Below, in pieces: positions 1 through 8,787 of a stretch of DNA of 64,000 nt. The translations under genes and the position numbers were made by a program. Source of the DNA: an uncultured Gammaproteobacteria bacterium (lineage in GTDB: Bacteria; Patescibacteriota; Microgenomatia; Levybacterales; UBA12049). The DNA lies in NCBI GenBank assembly GCA_964564035.1, contig CAZLZN010000001.1, positions 14,845-78,844 of the forward strand. The letters run 5' to 3'. A model generated the notes under the pieces. It made no database searches. It was not told where the DNA came from and worked only from the letters and a program-made list of their open reading frames with translations. Each line of letters starts with the position of its first letter. Position 1 is the stretch's first letter.

Positions 1-565
1 AATTGAATACGCTCTTGTTTGCATTTACCATCAAGGTATCGCCTACGCTTAGAGTATGCAGATTGGCAAATATAGTTTTGTAATTACTCGGGTCAAAAAG
101 AGGCGGGAGAGTTGAATGCCCGAATACCGCGGCGTTTCCGCGAGCCGGAGGCACAGCCGTTCCCGGAAAGTTAACCAGATGCCTCGACAGATCAGTGTCA
201 ATTGTCGTGACCACTGCATTTTCAATTTTTAACTTAGGTATAGATAAAAAATAATATGTAAGCTGGGAGTCAACATGACTTGCGCTAAAAGGAGATGCCG
301 GGATCCATTCCGAGCTATTTTGATTTGTGATTTGCTGAATTGAGCGCGCGGTGCTCAGCCAAAGACCTTGAATATAATCACTTGTGATAATCGTCGTCTG
401 CGGAATTGGCGCTGTGACCATTTGCGAAGCAAATACCGGCTCTAGATACATTTTCCAGGAAATGAATGGAAAGAAAAAGTACCCCCCAAGCAGAATGCCC
501 GTTAAAAACAGCCCCAAACCCGAAAATCTTACGACCTTCCGGGTTTTACCGGTATTTTTCTTCAC
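1..565 (-). CDS. Sortase-family protein, N-terminal part; the gene runs off the window start. Putative GTG start at 565, with an alternative ATG at 451.
   Basis: Manual minus-strand translation gives (M)KKNTGKTRKVVRFSGLGLFLTGILLGGYFFFPF..., a basic N-terminus followed by a TM helix. Further on is ...GNAAVFGHSTL..., which resembles the sortase His motif (xLAGH). The Cys (TLxTC) region would lie beyond the window. Confidence 0.4.
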   Translation of the reverse strand, partial: MKKNTGKTRKVVRFSGLGLFLTGILLGGYFFFPFISWKMYLEPVFASQMVTAPIPQTTIITSDYIQGLWLSTARSIQQITNQNSSEWIPASPFSASHVDSQLTYYFLSIPKLKIENAVVTTIDTDLSRHLVNFPGTAVPPARGNAAVFGHSTLPPLFDPSNYKTIFANLHTLSVGDTLMVNANKSVFN

Positions 566-578
566 ATAATACCGTTTA

Positions 579-2873
579 TTAATCAGATGCAAGCGTGACA
601 GTAACATTTTTAGGCAGGAACGGGAAAATATCCGCTACAAACGGAACACCCGGTTTATAAACTATTGATGTGTGGTCTACTTGCGGAAGCTTGGAAATCG
701 CAGACTTAAACTCTTCTTTGGATTTTCCTCCCAGCTCTTTAGCTAAGCCGGCAGAATCGATTTTTGGCAGAAGTGATCCGCTGATCACGACAGTCGCGGA
801 TACTCTTGCATCACTTATCTTCTCGACATCCTTGATCTCTGCGCTTATGTCCTCCTCCCGGATGTCTTTATCACCGGAATTTTCCTTCTCCAGCATCTTT
901 TTAGCAAAATCATTAAGTCTTTCCTTATCATAAGACAAACCCGTAAATTGCAGACTCGCTTCAACATTTACTTTTTTCGCTTCGTCTCCTTCTTTTTTGT
1001 CATATTTCGCGGTCTGAATTTTTGTACTTAAAAGTACCGGCAACACACTTTCGTCTTTTTGAGTTTTGGCCCCGAGAACACTCTCTGCTTCCTTCTCAAG
1101 ACTCGCTGTTAGACTCGAATTAAGTTTATCCAAATCCTTTTTAGACACAACTGTGATTTTTTTTGAAGACCCGCCTGAAAAGGCCTTATCGTTTTTAGCG
1201 GCAAGAGAGCTATTCCCATCAACGCTGAACTTCATACCCGATGGTAAATTATAATCCGATCCGATCTCCTCTGCGGTCACCTCAACATCAGCAGTACCGG
1301 GTTTTGTACCGGAAAATATATCTCCTGAAGCAGAAGCCACCTTGATATCCTTGTCTGTCACAAAATCCAAGTCTCCGCTTGTTGAAAGAACAGCGCCTTT
1401 TGGCAAATTTACAGACGATGAAGTATTATTGTTATAAACAGTAACAGTGCCGCGGGCTTTTTCTCCGACTTCTTTTTCTCCTGTTGCGTCAACTGTTTCC
1501 TCTCCGCTGATCGTATCTTCGATCTCACTTGCCTTTAGAATATTCTCATCAAAATCGTTCTCGGAGTCTGTCGCAAAAACTATCTCCTCTGTTTTCACTT
1601 TATTTTCCGGAGCAAGCGCTACCACAACCGACGCGCTCATAACATATGTATAAAAATAATAAATTCCCCCTGCTATGACAGCGAGAAGAACCGCGGGTAT
1701 CAAAATAAGCTTGAACCGCCCGATAGAAACCGAAGGCATCTCCGGAAGTCCGCTCCGGATTTTTTCTGTAACAATCTGAACAAAACCTGTCTTATTTCTC
1801 CCGACATCATCACTGTCTTCTGCGCCTAGATCCGGCTCGCTATCATAACTTTCTTGTAAGACTTGCGTTTCTTCTGCTGATTTATGCGCCCTGGTTGATT
1901 GATCATCGGATTCCAAATGCTCATCTTTTATTATTTTTTCTTCAACATCCTGATCTATAACAAAACCGAAATTATCCCCGTGTACGCTCTTATCCATAGA
2001 TACTTCGTCTTTTTGCAATGCACCCAAACTATCCTCCTCGGCAACAGCACTGCTAACAACATGATCATGTTTATCTGTTTCATAATTTTTTATATGATCT
2101 ATTATCCCGCTCGGAACTTCAAAACCCATTTGCTGTGCCGCCCCGAACGAAACAGCCCTGCTGTTAAAATCGGCAGACAGCATACTGATCTGAGGCATAT
2201 GCAAAAAAGGCAAACTCTTACTCCAGTGAAACGCTGCCAGCTTCTGTGCCAGATTCTCACCGTTGTCATTGCCGTACAATACAATTCTGGCCGGAAGTGC
2301 GTCAGCGGTAAACCCCTTCATTAATCCGTCAATTGTATGAGGTATATTTTCTTTTATTTCACCCGTCACGCGCTGGATGCTCTTGCCTCCCCGTAAAAGA
2401 GTTAATGAAACGCTTGTCCTACCTATTTCCGCGAGAATCGCGGACAATGGAGCGCCCTCTTCGCTTTGTATCAAATTAGCAATCGCCTCAGTCATCACCA
2501 TAAACCCAATAGGCGTCAGGCTCAACTTCTCGCATACTTCTTTCAGCTTTTTCAAATATTCTTTCTTGATTTTCTTGCTTTCCTGATCGACCCACTCGTC
2601 AGCTACTCCGAACACCGTTTCTCGAATTTCAACATCCGGCGGCAAAACCTCCTCAAGCGGAGTTATAGCACTGTCAACTGTCTCAATAACATCCTCAAGA
2701 GACAACTCATCAAAGCTACCGCTGAAAAATTTTTCGTCCCTGTTGACGAGCCTTATTTTTTTAACATATTCTTCAAACACGACAGAGCTTACCTTTTCGG
2801 GAGTAATTATCAACCCGAGGTAATAAATAGGAGCTTCTTTTTTCGATTTAAAAAATGGAAACTGCAGCTTCAT
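579..2873 (-). CDS. Large fusion protein. An N-terminal actin-fold, PilM/FtsA-like cytoplasmic domain is followed by a single TM helix and a Ser/Thr/Asp/Lys-rich extracytoplasmic domain. Possible PilM-PilN(-PilO)-type pilus-assembly or FtsA-like anchoring protein.
   Basis: 764-aa ORF. The N-terminal roughly 260 aa (LGLIITPEKVSSVVFEE ... IGRTSVSLTLLRGG ... IVLYGNDNGENLAQKL) is PilM/FtsA-like in pattern. A hydrophobic segment follows (FKLILIPAVLLAVIAGGIYYFYTYV), then a low-complexity extracellular region. Confidence 0.35.
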   Translation of the reverse strand: MKLQFPFFKSKKEAPIYYLGLIITPEKVSSVVFEEYVKKIRLVNRDEKFFSGSFDELSLEDVIETVDSAITPLEEVLPPDVEIRETVFGVADEWVDQESKKIKKEYLKKLKEVCEKLSLTPIGFMVMTEAIANLIQSEEGAPLSAILAEIGRTSVSLTLLRGGKSIQRVTGEIKENIPHTIDGLMKGFTADALPARIVLYGNDNGENLAQKLAAFHWSKSLPFLHMPQISMLSADFNSRAVSFGAAQQMGFEVPSGIIDHIKNYETDKHDHVVSSAVAEEDSLGALQKDEVSMDKSVHGDNFGFVIDQDVEEKIIKDEHLESDDQSTRAHKSAEETQVLQESYDSEPDLGAEDSDDVGRNKTGFVQIVTEKIRSGLPEMPSVSIGRFKLILIPAVLLAVIAGGIYYFYTYVMSASVVVALAPENKVKTEEIVFATDSENDFDENILKASEIEDTISGEETVDATGEKEVGEKARGTVTVYNNNTSSSVNLPKGAVLSTSGDLDFVTDKDIKVASASGDIFSGTKPGTADVEVTAEEIGSDYNLPSGMKFSVDGNSSLAAKNDKAFSGGSSKKITVVSKKDLDKLNSSLTASLEKEAESVLGAKTQKDESVLPVLLSTKIQTAKYDKKEGDEAKKVNVEASLQFTGLSYDKERLNDFAKKMLEKENSGDKDIREEDISAEIKDVEKISDARVSATVVISGSLLPKIDSAGLAKELGGKSKEEFKSAISKLPQVDHTSIVYKPGVPFVADIFPFLPKNVTVTLASD

Positions 2874-2941
2874 AAAATAATTCTCAATTTAAAATTTTTA
2901 ATTTAAAAATCAAATTTCAATTTATAAAATTTTGAAAATTC

Positions 2942-2955
2942 ATTGAAAATTGAAA
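2942..2955. repeat. Heptamer tandem repeat (ATTGAAA)x2, within an AT-rich spacer that also holds an inverted TTTCAAT / ATTGAAA arrangement.
   Basis: Read directly from the sequence at 2871-2963, between the alaS stop and the start of the downstream gene. Confidence 0.6.
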
Positions 2956-2963
2956 ATTTTTAA

Positions 2964-4811
2964 TTACCCAACAACTGCGTAAATTCTTCTCTGCTTATTC
3001 CCTATATTTTCCTGCTTTATTATCTTAAATGATTTTACTTTGGAAGTAAAATCAACATGCGGTCCTCCGCAAAATTCTATCGAATAAGACTTGTCCGGAC
3101 TCTTTGAATCTCCTCCGATAAAATATATTTTCGATTTTTCGCCGTATGTATCCATAAAAAGTCCGATAGCGCCCATATTCTTCGCTTCTTTTGTCGGAAT
3201 AAGCTCAAAATGCACCTGAATATTTTCCTTGATCTTGTTATTTATCTCTCTCTCAAGCTGAGAGATTTCTTCATCGCTTAGCTTCCTGTCAAAATTAAAA
3301 TCAAACCTCACCCTCTCGGTCGTGATGTTCGATCCTGTTTGATGAAGCTGCTTCCCGAACATATCACGAAGCGCCTGGTGCAATAGATGCGTTGCGGTAT
3401 GCCCCATTATTGTTCTCTCCTGATGATCTGCAAGTCCACCCCGGAATTTTTTCTCGGCTCCTGCCTTTGAAAGCTTTTGGTGCGCTTCCATTTTTTCCGC
3501 AAATGCTTTTTTATCAAAAACATAACCCAGACTGGTTATTTGTGTTGGCGAAAGACCATGCGAAGCGTACAAATAAAACGCGTCGTCCGCTGTAATTTCT
3601 TTATTTCCCATCAGCTCATCCCCGGTTTTAGTACCCAGTCCGTACTTTTTCTCTATATAATGACGGGCGCGTCCAAGTGCGTTGCTATATTTATCTATCT
3701 CTTCAACTATAGTTAGCTTTATACTCTCAAATTTATCAATTAAATACGCATCTGTATCCTTATACTGCTCAATAATTTGTTCAATTATCGGACTTATATC
3801 ATTGCCCCCGAGCTTTGAAAAATGATCGTACCCCCTCCTTATCAATCTACGCAGAATATAACCTTGTTCCGTATTGGAAGGCGTAACTCCTTCTGAAATT
3901 ATGAAACTTCCCGCGACCATATGATCCGTGATTATCCTCATATCCTTATCATTATTCGAGTATTCTTGATTAGTAGTTTTTTCGATTGACCGGATGATCG
4001 GATAAAAAAGCGAAGTCCTGAATACGTCAGGCTGATTTTCTATAGCCAAAAGCATTCTTTCAAGACCTCCCCCGAAATCAACATTGGGCTTCGGAAGGAG
4101 CGTAAGCGAACCATCGGGCATTTTTTTATACTGCATGAATACGCTGTTGGCAATCTCGATAAATCTTCCGCAGTCGCAATTTACATGACAATGACTATCC
4201 TTATACGGACTTTTTTCATGAATTTTGTGTTCTGCTCCGAAATCATAAAACACTTCGCTATCCGGCCCCCCCGGCTCACCCGGCGGCATATTGTTCGGCG
4301 GTCCGCTTCTGGACCACCAGTTTTTATCAACTCCGTATTCCAAAATCCTATTCTCGGGATCAATACCGCTTTTAGCAAATAACTCTTTCCAGATCTCGAT
4401 CGATTCCTTATCTTTACCCACATTTTCGGTACCTTTAAAGACCGTAGCATAAAGCTTCTTCGGATCAAGCTTCAGATTATGCGTCAAAAATTCCCAGATC
4501 CACGGCAATTGTTCCCGCTTGAAATAATCCCCGAGACTCCAGTTCCCAAGCATCCTGAAAAAAGTCGTGTGCCTGTTGTCGCCTATTTCATCTATATCGA
4601 CAGCCCTGAATGAATTCTGGACATTTACAAGCCTTGTTCCCTGCGGGTGTGTCTCACCGAGAAGATACGGAACAAGCGGCTGCATACCCGAACTTGTAAA
4701 GAGTGTAGTCGGATCATTTTGCGGAACAAGCGGAGAATTAGCAATCTGATTATGCCCTCTTTTCTTATAATATTCTATAAAAGATTTCAAAATCTCATGC
4801 GCCTTCATCAC
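2964..4811 (-). CDS. alaS: Alanyl-tRNA synthetase, short form: catalytic, tRNA-recognition and editing domains only, with no C-terminal C-Ala domain.
   Basis: N-terminus ...FIEYYKKRGHNQIANSPLVPQNDPTTLFTSSGMQPLVPYLLG...FRMLGNWSLGDYFK is a class II AlaRS core. Editing-domain motifs HTATHLLHQALR and CGGPHV are present. The protein is 615 aa versus about 870 aa typical. Confidence 0.9.
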   Translation of the reverse strand: MMKAHEILKSFIEYYKKRGHNQIANSPLVPQNDPTTLFTSSGMQPLVPYLLGETHPQGTRLVNVQNSFRAVDIDEIGDNRHTTFFRMLGNWSLGDYFKREQLPWIWEFLTHNLKLDPKKLYATVFKGTENVGKDKESIEIWKELFAKSGIDPENRILEYGVDKNWWSRSGPPNNMPPGEPGGPDSEVFYDFGAEHKIHEKSPYKDSHCHVNCDCGRFIEIANSVFMQYKKMPDGSLTLLPKPNVDFGGGLERMLLAIENQPDVFRTSLFYPIIRSIEKTTNQEYSNNDKDMRIITDHMVAGSFIISEGVTPSNTEQGYILRRLIRRGYDHFSKLGGNDISPIIEQIIEQYKDTDAYLIDKFESIKLTIVEEIDKYSNALGRARHYIEKKYGLGTKTGDELMGNKEITADDAFYLYASHGLSPTQITSLGYVFDKKAFAEKMEAHQKLSKAGAEKKFRGGLADHQERTIMGHTATHLLHQALRDMFGKQLHQTGSNITTERVRFDFNFDRKLSDEEISQLEREINNKIKENIQVHFELIPTKEAKNMGAIGLFMDTYGEKSKIYFIGGDSKSPDKSYSIEFCGGPHVDFTSKVKSFKIIKQENIGNKQRRIYAVVG

Positions 4812-4985
4812 CTAATATTATACCATGCCGGAATTAATCCAACTTGATAGGTTTTCGAACTATTATATTGATGATTAAAGCAATCTGGAATATACTATTT
4901 ACATATTTAAATCAATAAAAACTCAATTTATTTATATTTAAAAAGCTAATACTGTGAAATTAACCTAAATCTACCTAACTTTAAA

Positions 4986-6752
4986 ATGAACAAAAATGTC
5001 AAAAAATATTTCACCCGGTTATTCAAATACATAATTGCAATATTTATCTTTACCTTATCTGCAATTTATATTACCTACCCTCTTGCGCCCCATATAGCGG
5101 ACCGGGTTACAGGATTCGGTGACGAACTTGTTATAAGTTGGATACAAAATTGGGTAATTCATTCACTATTTACTGATCCCCTGAATATCTTCAATGCAAA
5201 TATTTACTATCCTTACAACAACACCCTAGCTTTTTCTGACCCTTTTATCCTCACCGGAATTATGGCTATTCCGATTAAATTTATTACAGGCGAAGCAATC
5301 TCTGTTTTCAACTTTACTTTGATAAGCTCCTTACTTCTGCTTGGCTTTTCAATTTTTACACTGATTTATTATCTTACGAAAAACTATCTATTATCAGTTT
5401 TTTGCGGATTACTTATTAATTTTTCACCTGCCGTTCTTGATTACTCTGTTCACGTTCAAGTTCTTGCGGTTTGGAGTGTCCCGCTGTCGACTCTTTTCTT
5501 TCTGCGCTTTCTGGAGACTGCAAAAACACGTTTTTTGGCAGTTAGTCTAATAATCTTATTAATACAAATATACAACAGCGTATTACCCGGTTATTTTATT
5601 GTTTTTTCATTTTGCGTAATTTTATTATTTTATTTTTCCAAAAAATCCGCTTCGTACAATAGATTTATTAATTTAAAAAATATATTAACCATAGCGCTTT
5701 TTGCATTTGCCATTATTCCCATCGGTAATGCTTATTTTTCGGTCTCAAAAGAATTCAACTATGTGAGAGATATAAGAGATGCAGTTCACTTCGCCTTCCA
5801 GCCTGAAGACTTTTTATTTCCCGGTGTAAGAACCAAATTACACGGATTCCTATACGAAGCAATTCCGAGTAACAAATTTTCCCAAAACAACGAATTCAAA
5901 CCCGGCTATTTAGGCTTGATATTCAGCGCGCTGGTCATATTAGCAATTCTATATATTATTAAAAATTTCAAAAGAATCAGTATTGATATAAAAACATTTT
6001 TCACAATATCCATGCTTGGATTTATCCTAAGCCTAGGTCCTGTTTTGCATCTTGGCAGACAAACAATACATGAACCGTTTATGATCCCTCTGCCTTACGC
6101 GCTATTTTACTACATTATTCCCGGCTTTCAGGGACTGCGCAATTCCGGCCGTTGGAACATGCTGTTTATGATCGCGGTAGTTATCGTAATTGGACTTATT
6201 TTGAATAAATTATTATCCAGGTTATCTCTTAAAAAACAAATAATCATATATGCGTCATTATTGTTTTTAGTAATTTCAGAACTTAGTCCCATCACGCTGT
6301 ATCCGGTCACGCAAAAAAAAGATTTCCCCCCTGTATATTCTTGGCTAAACACAACTCCTCGCGATACGGTTATCATCGAATTGCCGATTTATAATTGGAA
6401 CAATGAACGATTTACCGGTCGCGAAATTTGGCGCCAATATTACGGTACGGAACACTTTCGAAGAACTTCCAACGGTTATACCGGATTTTCACCGCCCCCA
6501 TGGCAAAAATTTGTCACAAGAACAACTTTAAACTTTCCTGATAATAAAACACTGAATGAACTAAAATCTATGGGGATTAACATTATTATAGTGCACAAAA
6601 AAGAATTCGACGCCATAAGTAAATCCAATATTTTCGCCGATCAAAAAACAAGGCCGGGTAGCGAGGTGGTTACTCTATTAAATAACTCAAAATCAGTTAA
6701 ACACCTCAAATATTTCCCCGACACCAACACGCATGTATACAAATTGCTATAA
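4986..6752 (+). CDS. Polytopic integral membrane protein, about 14 TM helices; possibly a GT-C-type glycosyl/mannosyltransferase.
   Basis: 588 aa, strongly hydrophobic periodic segments; N-terminal motif YPLAPHIADRVTGFGDELVISW. No catalytic family could be assigned with confidence. Confidence 0.5.
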   Translation: MNKNVKKYFTRLFKYIIAIFIFTLSAIYITYPLAPHIADRVTGFGDELVISWIQNWVIHSLFTDPLNIFNANIYYPYNNTLAFSDPFILTGIMAIPIKFITGEAISVFNFTLISSLLLLGFSIFTLIYYLTKNYLLSVFCGLLINFSPAVLDYSVHVQVLAVWSVPLSTLFFLRFLETAKTRFLAVSLIILLIQIYNSVLPGYFIVFSFCVILLFYFSKKSASYNRFINLKNILTIALFAFAIIPIGNAYFSVSKEFNYVRDIRDAVHFAFQPEDFLFPGVRTKLHGFLYEAIPSNKFSQNNEFKPGYLGLIFSALVILAILYIIKNFKRISIDIKTFFTISMLGFILSLGPVLHLGRQTIHEPFMIPLPYALFYYIIPGFQGLRNSGRWNMLFMIAVVIVIGLILNKLLSRLSLKKQIIIYASLLFLVISELSPITLYPVTQKKDFPPVYSWLNTTPRDTVIIELPIYNWNNERFTGREIWRQYYGTEHFRRTSNGYTGFSPPPWQKFVTRTTLNFPDNKTLNELKSMGINIIIVHKKEFDAISKSNIFADQKTRPGSEVVTLLNNSKSVKHLKYFPDTNTHVYKLL

Positions 6753-6789
6753 CCCCTGCGCCTCCAGACACAATTCCATTATACCTAAG

Positions 6790-6821
6790 TCCAATACACC
6801 TAAGGGGTGTCTTAGGTTGGA
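6790..6821. terminator. Hairpin between convergent genes; putative bidirectional terminator.
   Basis: TCCAA-taca-CCTAAG-gggtgt-CTTAGG-TTGGA forms an 11-bp stem with a 4-nt bulge and a 6-nt loop. It lies between the stop of the 4986..6752 gene and the stop of the SRAP gene. There is no strong U-tract. Confidence 0.4.
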
Positions 6822-6824
6822 CAC

Positions 6825-7505
6825 CTAGGGAATTTTATCAATGCTTCTAATCAACCTTTCATCATCTCTCCCCGGAACATTGACAGCCGTAGATACTCCG
6901 TAAGACACCATTTCCGCGTCAGGATATGGCGATAAAAGCGGAAGTAGTATGTCCGGCTCTGTAGTATCCGGGTTAAGCCACGCGTCCTCAGCGTCCCTCC
7001 GAAGTATCACGGGCATTCTGGGATGAACCTGGCCCACCACCCCGTTTGCCTGTGTGGTAATTATTGTGTAGCTTGTAACCTCGTGTCCGTCTTTCGGATT
7101 CACCCACACATCATATAGCCCCGCGAACGCGAACATCCCTTCATTTTTCAATCTGAAATAATACGGTTGACTCGGTTTCTGTTTTTTATCCCATTCATAA
7201 AAACCCGTAGCCGGCACCAGGCACCTCTGCATTCTGAACGGCTTTCTATATGCAGGTTTATTTTCAATCCCCTCGGCCCTTGCATTGATCGTCTTAAATT
7301 TGAAACTGTCATCCTTGGCCCATGCCGGAATAAGCCCCCAAAACATAAGACCGATCTGATTCGGACTATGCCTGGTGACAACCGGATTCATCTGACCCGG
7401 CGCGATATTATAACGCGGGGACAAATCTTTCAGAGTATTAATCGTTCCAAACCTATCCCGCAACTCCCTCGCTTCCTTTACTACAAGTCCATATCTGCCG
7501 CACAT
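6825..7505 (-). CDS. yedK: SOS-response-associated peptidase (SRAP/YedK/HMCES family); abasic-site DNA-protein crosslinking protein.
   Basis: The protein begins MCGRY... (catalytic Cys2). It carries RYNIAPGQ, FYEW and HPRMPVIL motifs typical of SRAP. It is divergent from lexA. Confidence 0.85.
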   Translation of the reverse strand: MCGRYGLVVKEARELRDRFGTINTLKDLSPRYNIAPGQMNPVVTRHSPNQIGLMFWGLIPAWAKDDSFKFKTINARAEGIENKPAYRKPFRMQRCLVPATGFYEWDKKQKPSQPYYFRLKNEGMFAFAGLYDVWVNPKDGHEVTSYTIITTQANGVVGQVHPRMPVILRRDAEDAWLNPDTTEPDILLPLLSPYPDAEMVSYGVSTAVNVPGRDDERLIRSIDKIP

Positions 7506-7577
7506 AGCAAGAGAATTTTAGATCTTATGTAAAAGAAATAGGTAATAATTTTGCTATACGCACACACCCAAGACACC

Positions 7578-7609
7578 CAAACCCGGTTCGTTTTATGTAG
7601 ACAAACAAG
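7578..7609 (+). repeat. REP-like element copy A (aaacccggttcgttttatgtagacaaacaagg).
   Basis: About 80% identical to the two REP copies flanking the RAYT gene at 10032-10064 and 10769-10800. It contains the GTTTnnnnnnnnnCAAAC hairpin core and sits in the SRAP/lexA divergent intergenic region. Confidence 0.7.
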
Positions 7610-7678
7610 GTGATTTTCAAATAAAGGGCTGATATTAAATTTTAAATATTAAAATTTGGTAATAAATTAAAAATCCCC

Positions 7679-7713
7679 TTGACAGGAAACGATCGTTTCC
7701 TATATATTATACT
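7679..7713 (+). promoter_or_regulatory. lexA promoter with embedded operator: -35 TTGACA (7679-7684), perfect 16-bp palindrome GGAAACGATCGTTTCC (7685-7700) filling the spacer, and a -10 TATATA/TATTAT (7701-7710).
   Basis: Read directly. The palindrome GAAAC-GATC-GTTTC resembles the Gram-positive Cheo/LexA box (GAAC-N4-GTTC). The ATG of lexA lies only about 5-10 nt past the -10, so the mRNA is likely leaderless. Confidence 0.6.
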
Positions 7714-7715
7714 CA

Positions 7716-8284
7716 TGACTATTGATGAAGCAGCCAAAAGAATAAAAAAATTTTATCTGCTCAACAGACGGATGCCGTCATACAAAGAGCTATGCATTGA
7801 GCTGGATCTCTCCTCCAAAAAAAACAGTTTCAAATGGGCAAAAAAACTTATAGAGACGGGCCTGCTTGGGAAAGACAAACAGGGTAAACTCTTTCCCAAG
7901 TCCCTGTTCGCGATTCCCGATTTCGGCATCATCAAGGCGGGATATGCTGCGCCGGCGCACCAGACAGAAAATAATAGCCTGGATTTATATAAATTTATAC
8001 TCGATCTTCCGAATGGAGTTTTCTCTTTAACTATACACGGAGACTCAATGATCGACGCGTCGATCCGGGAAGGAGACATCGCTCTTATTGATCCGAACAA
8101 ACAGCCTCTCCACGGAGATATCGTCGCCGCTTTGGTGGATGGCGAGTGTACTCTCAAATATTTTTACAAAGATCACCGGGGCGTACGCCTTGTACCCGGC
8201 AATCCCGAATATCCCATTATCTATCCGCAAAACGAACTCGTCGTACAGGGAGTATTAATCCATTTAATAAGGAAGTTCAGATGA
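7716..8284 (+). CDS. lexA: LexA repressor (wHTH plus S24 peptidase).
   Basis: Ala-Gly cleavage site (IIKAG-YAAP), GDSM catalytic Ser and a downstream Lys (TLKYF). The ATG at 7716 is preferred over the TTG at 7679, which would read through the promoter. Confidence 0.85.
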
Positions 8285-8412
8285 GGATATTATGTGCTTC
8301 TTTTTGAAATTTAAAAATATTAATTTAATATGTTAAATCAAAACTCAAAAACCATAGGAACAAGCGTCTTAACCATAAAAGGCAAAATGGATCTTTAAGC
8401 CTTGATCTAGGT

Positions 8413-8440
8413 TTTGATCTTTGAGATTTGATTTTTGATC
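8413..8440. repeat. Heptamer tandem repeat (TTTGATC)-like x4: TTTGATC TTTGAGA TTTGATT TTTGATC.
   Basis: Read directly; intergenic, upstream of the small-ORF/polymerase operon. The same unit recurs at 15042-15062. Confidence 0.65.
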
Positions 8441-8526
8441 TAATTTAGCTTGACACGCCTGTTCGTCATCTCGCTCATACTAAATGATGTAAATTAATTT
8501 TCTTAGATAAGCTCTGAAGGGGAGGT

Positions 8527-8787
8527 ATGTTAGAAAAAATACATGAAAAAATTGATGTCATTACTATTTACAAGAAATATCCGGCACGGGTCATTCCATA
8601 TAAAATCAGATGGAACGGTAGAGATCATATTATTACGAAAATCGGGTATCATCACAAAATTCGTAAAGGCCATACGTTCTTTCATATCTTTTCTGTCTGC
8701 TCCGATACCTTAGCGTTCCGCCTTCGCTTTGACACAGAAACTATGTACTGGACGCTGGAGGAAGTATCAGATGGATTTACCGATTAG
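8527..8787 (+). CDS. Small hypothetical protein (86 aa) immediately upstream of, and overlapping, the Y-family polymerase gene; possible accessory subunit.
   Basis: ORF with the purine-rich AAGGGGAGG just upstream of the ATG. The 3' end overlaps the polymerase start by 17 nt. No recognised family. Confidence 0.4.
   Translation: MLEKIHEKIDVITIYKKYPARVIPYKIRWNGRDHIITKIGYHHKIRKGHTFFHIFSVCSDTLAFRLRFDTETMYWTLEEVSDGFTD

Noticed and set aside
2102-2284. Numerous short ORFs antisense to or nested within large genes (for example inside the pilM-like gene, dnaK, clpB and tkt).
   Set aside because: They lie fully inside strongly supported CDSs on the opposite strand or in an alternative frame. This is typical six-frame noise in AT-rich DNA.
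7679-7715. TTG-initiated N-terminal extension of lexA (MTGNDRFLYIIL...).
   Set aside because: It would translate the -35, operator and -10 elements. The ATG at 7716 gives a canonical LexA N-terminus.
8357-8370. Second LexA box (GGAACAAGCGTCTT) upstream of the small-ORF/polymerase operon.
   Set aside because: It is only a partial palindrome (GAAC-N4-GTCT) and sits about 80 nt upstream of the likely -35. It is kept as a weak candidate only.
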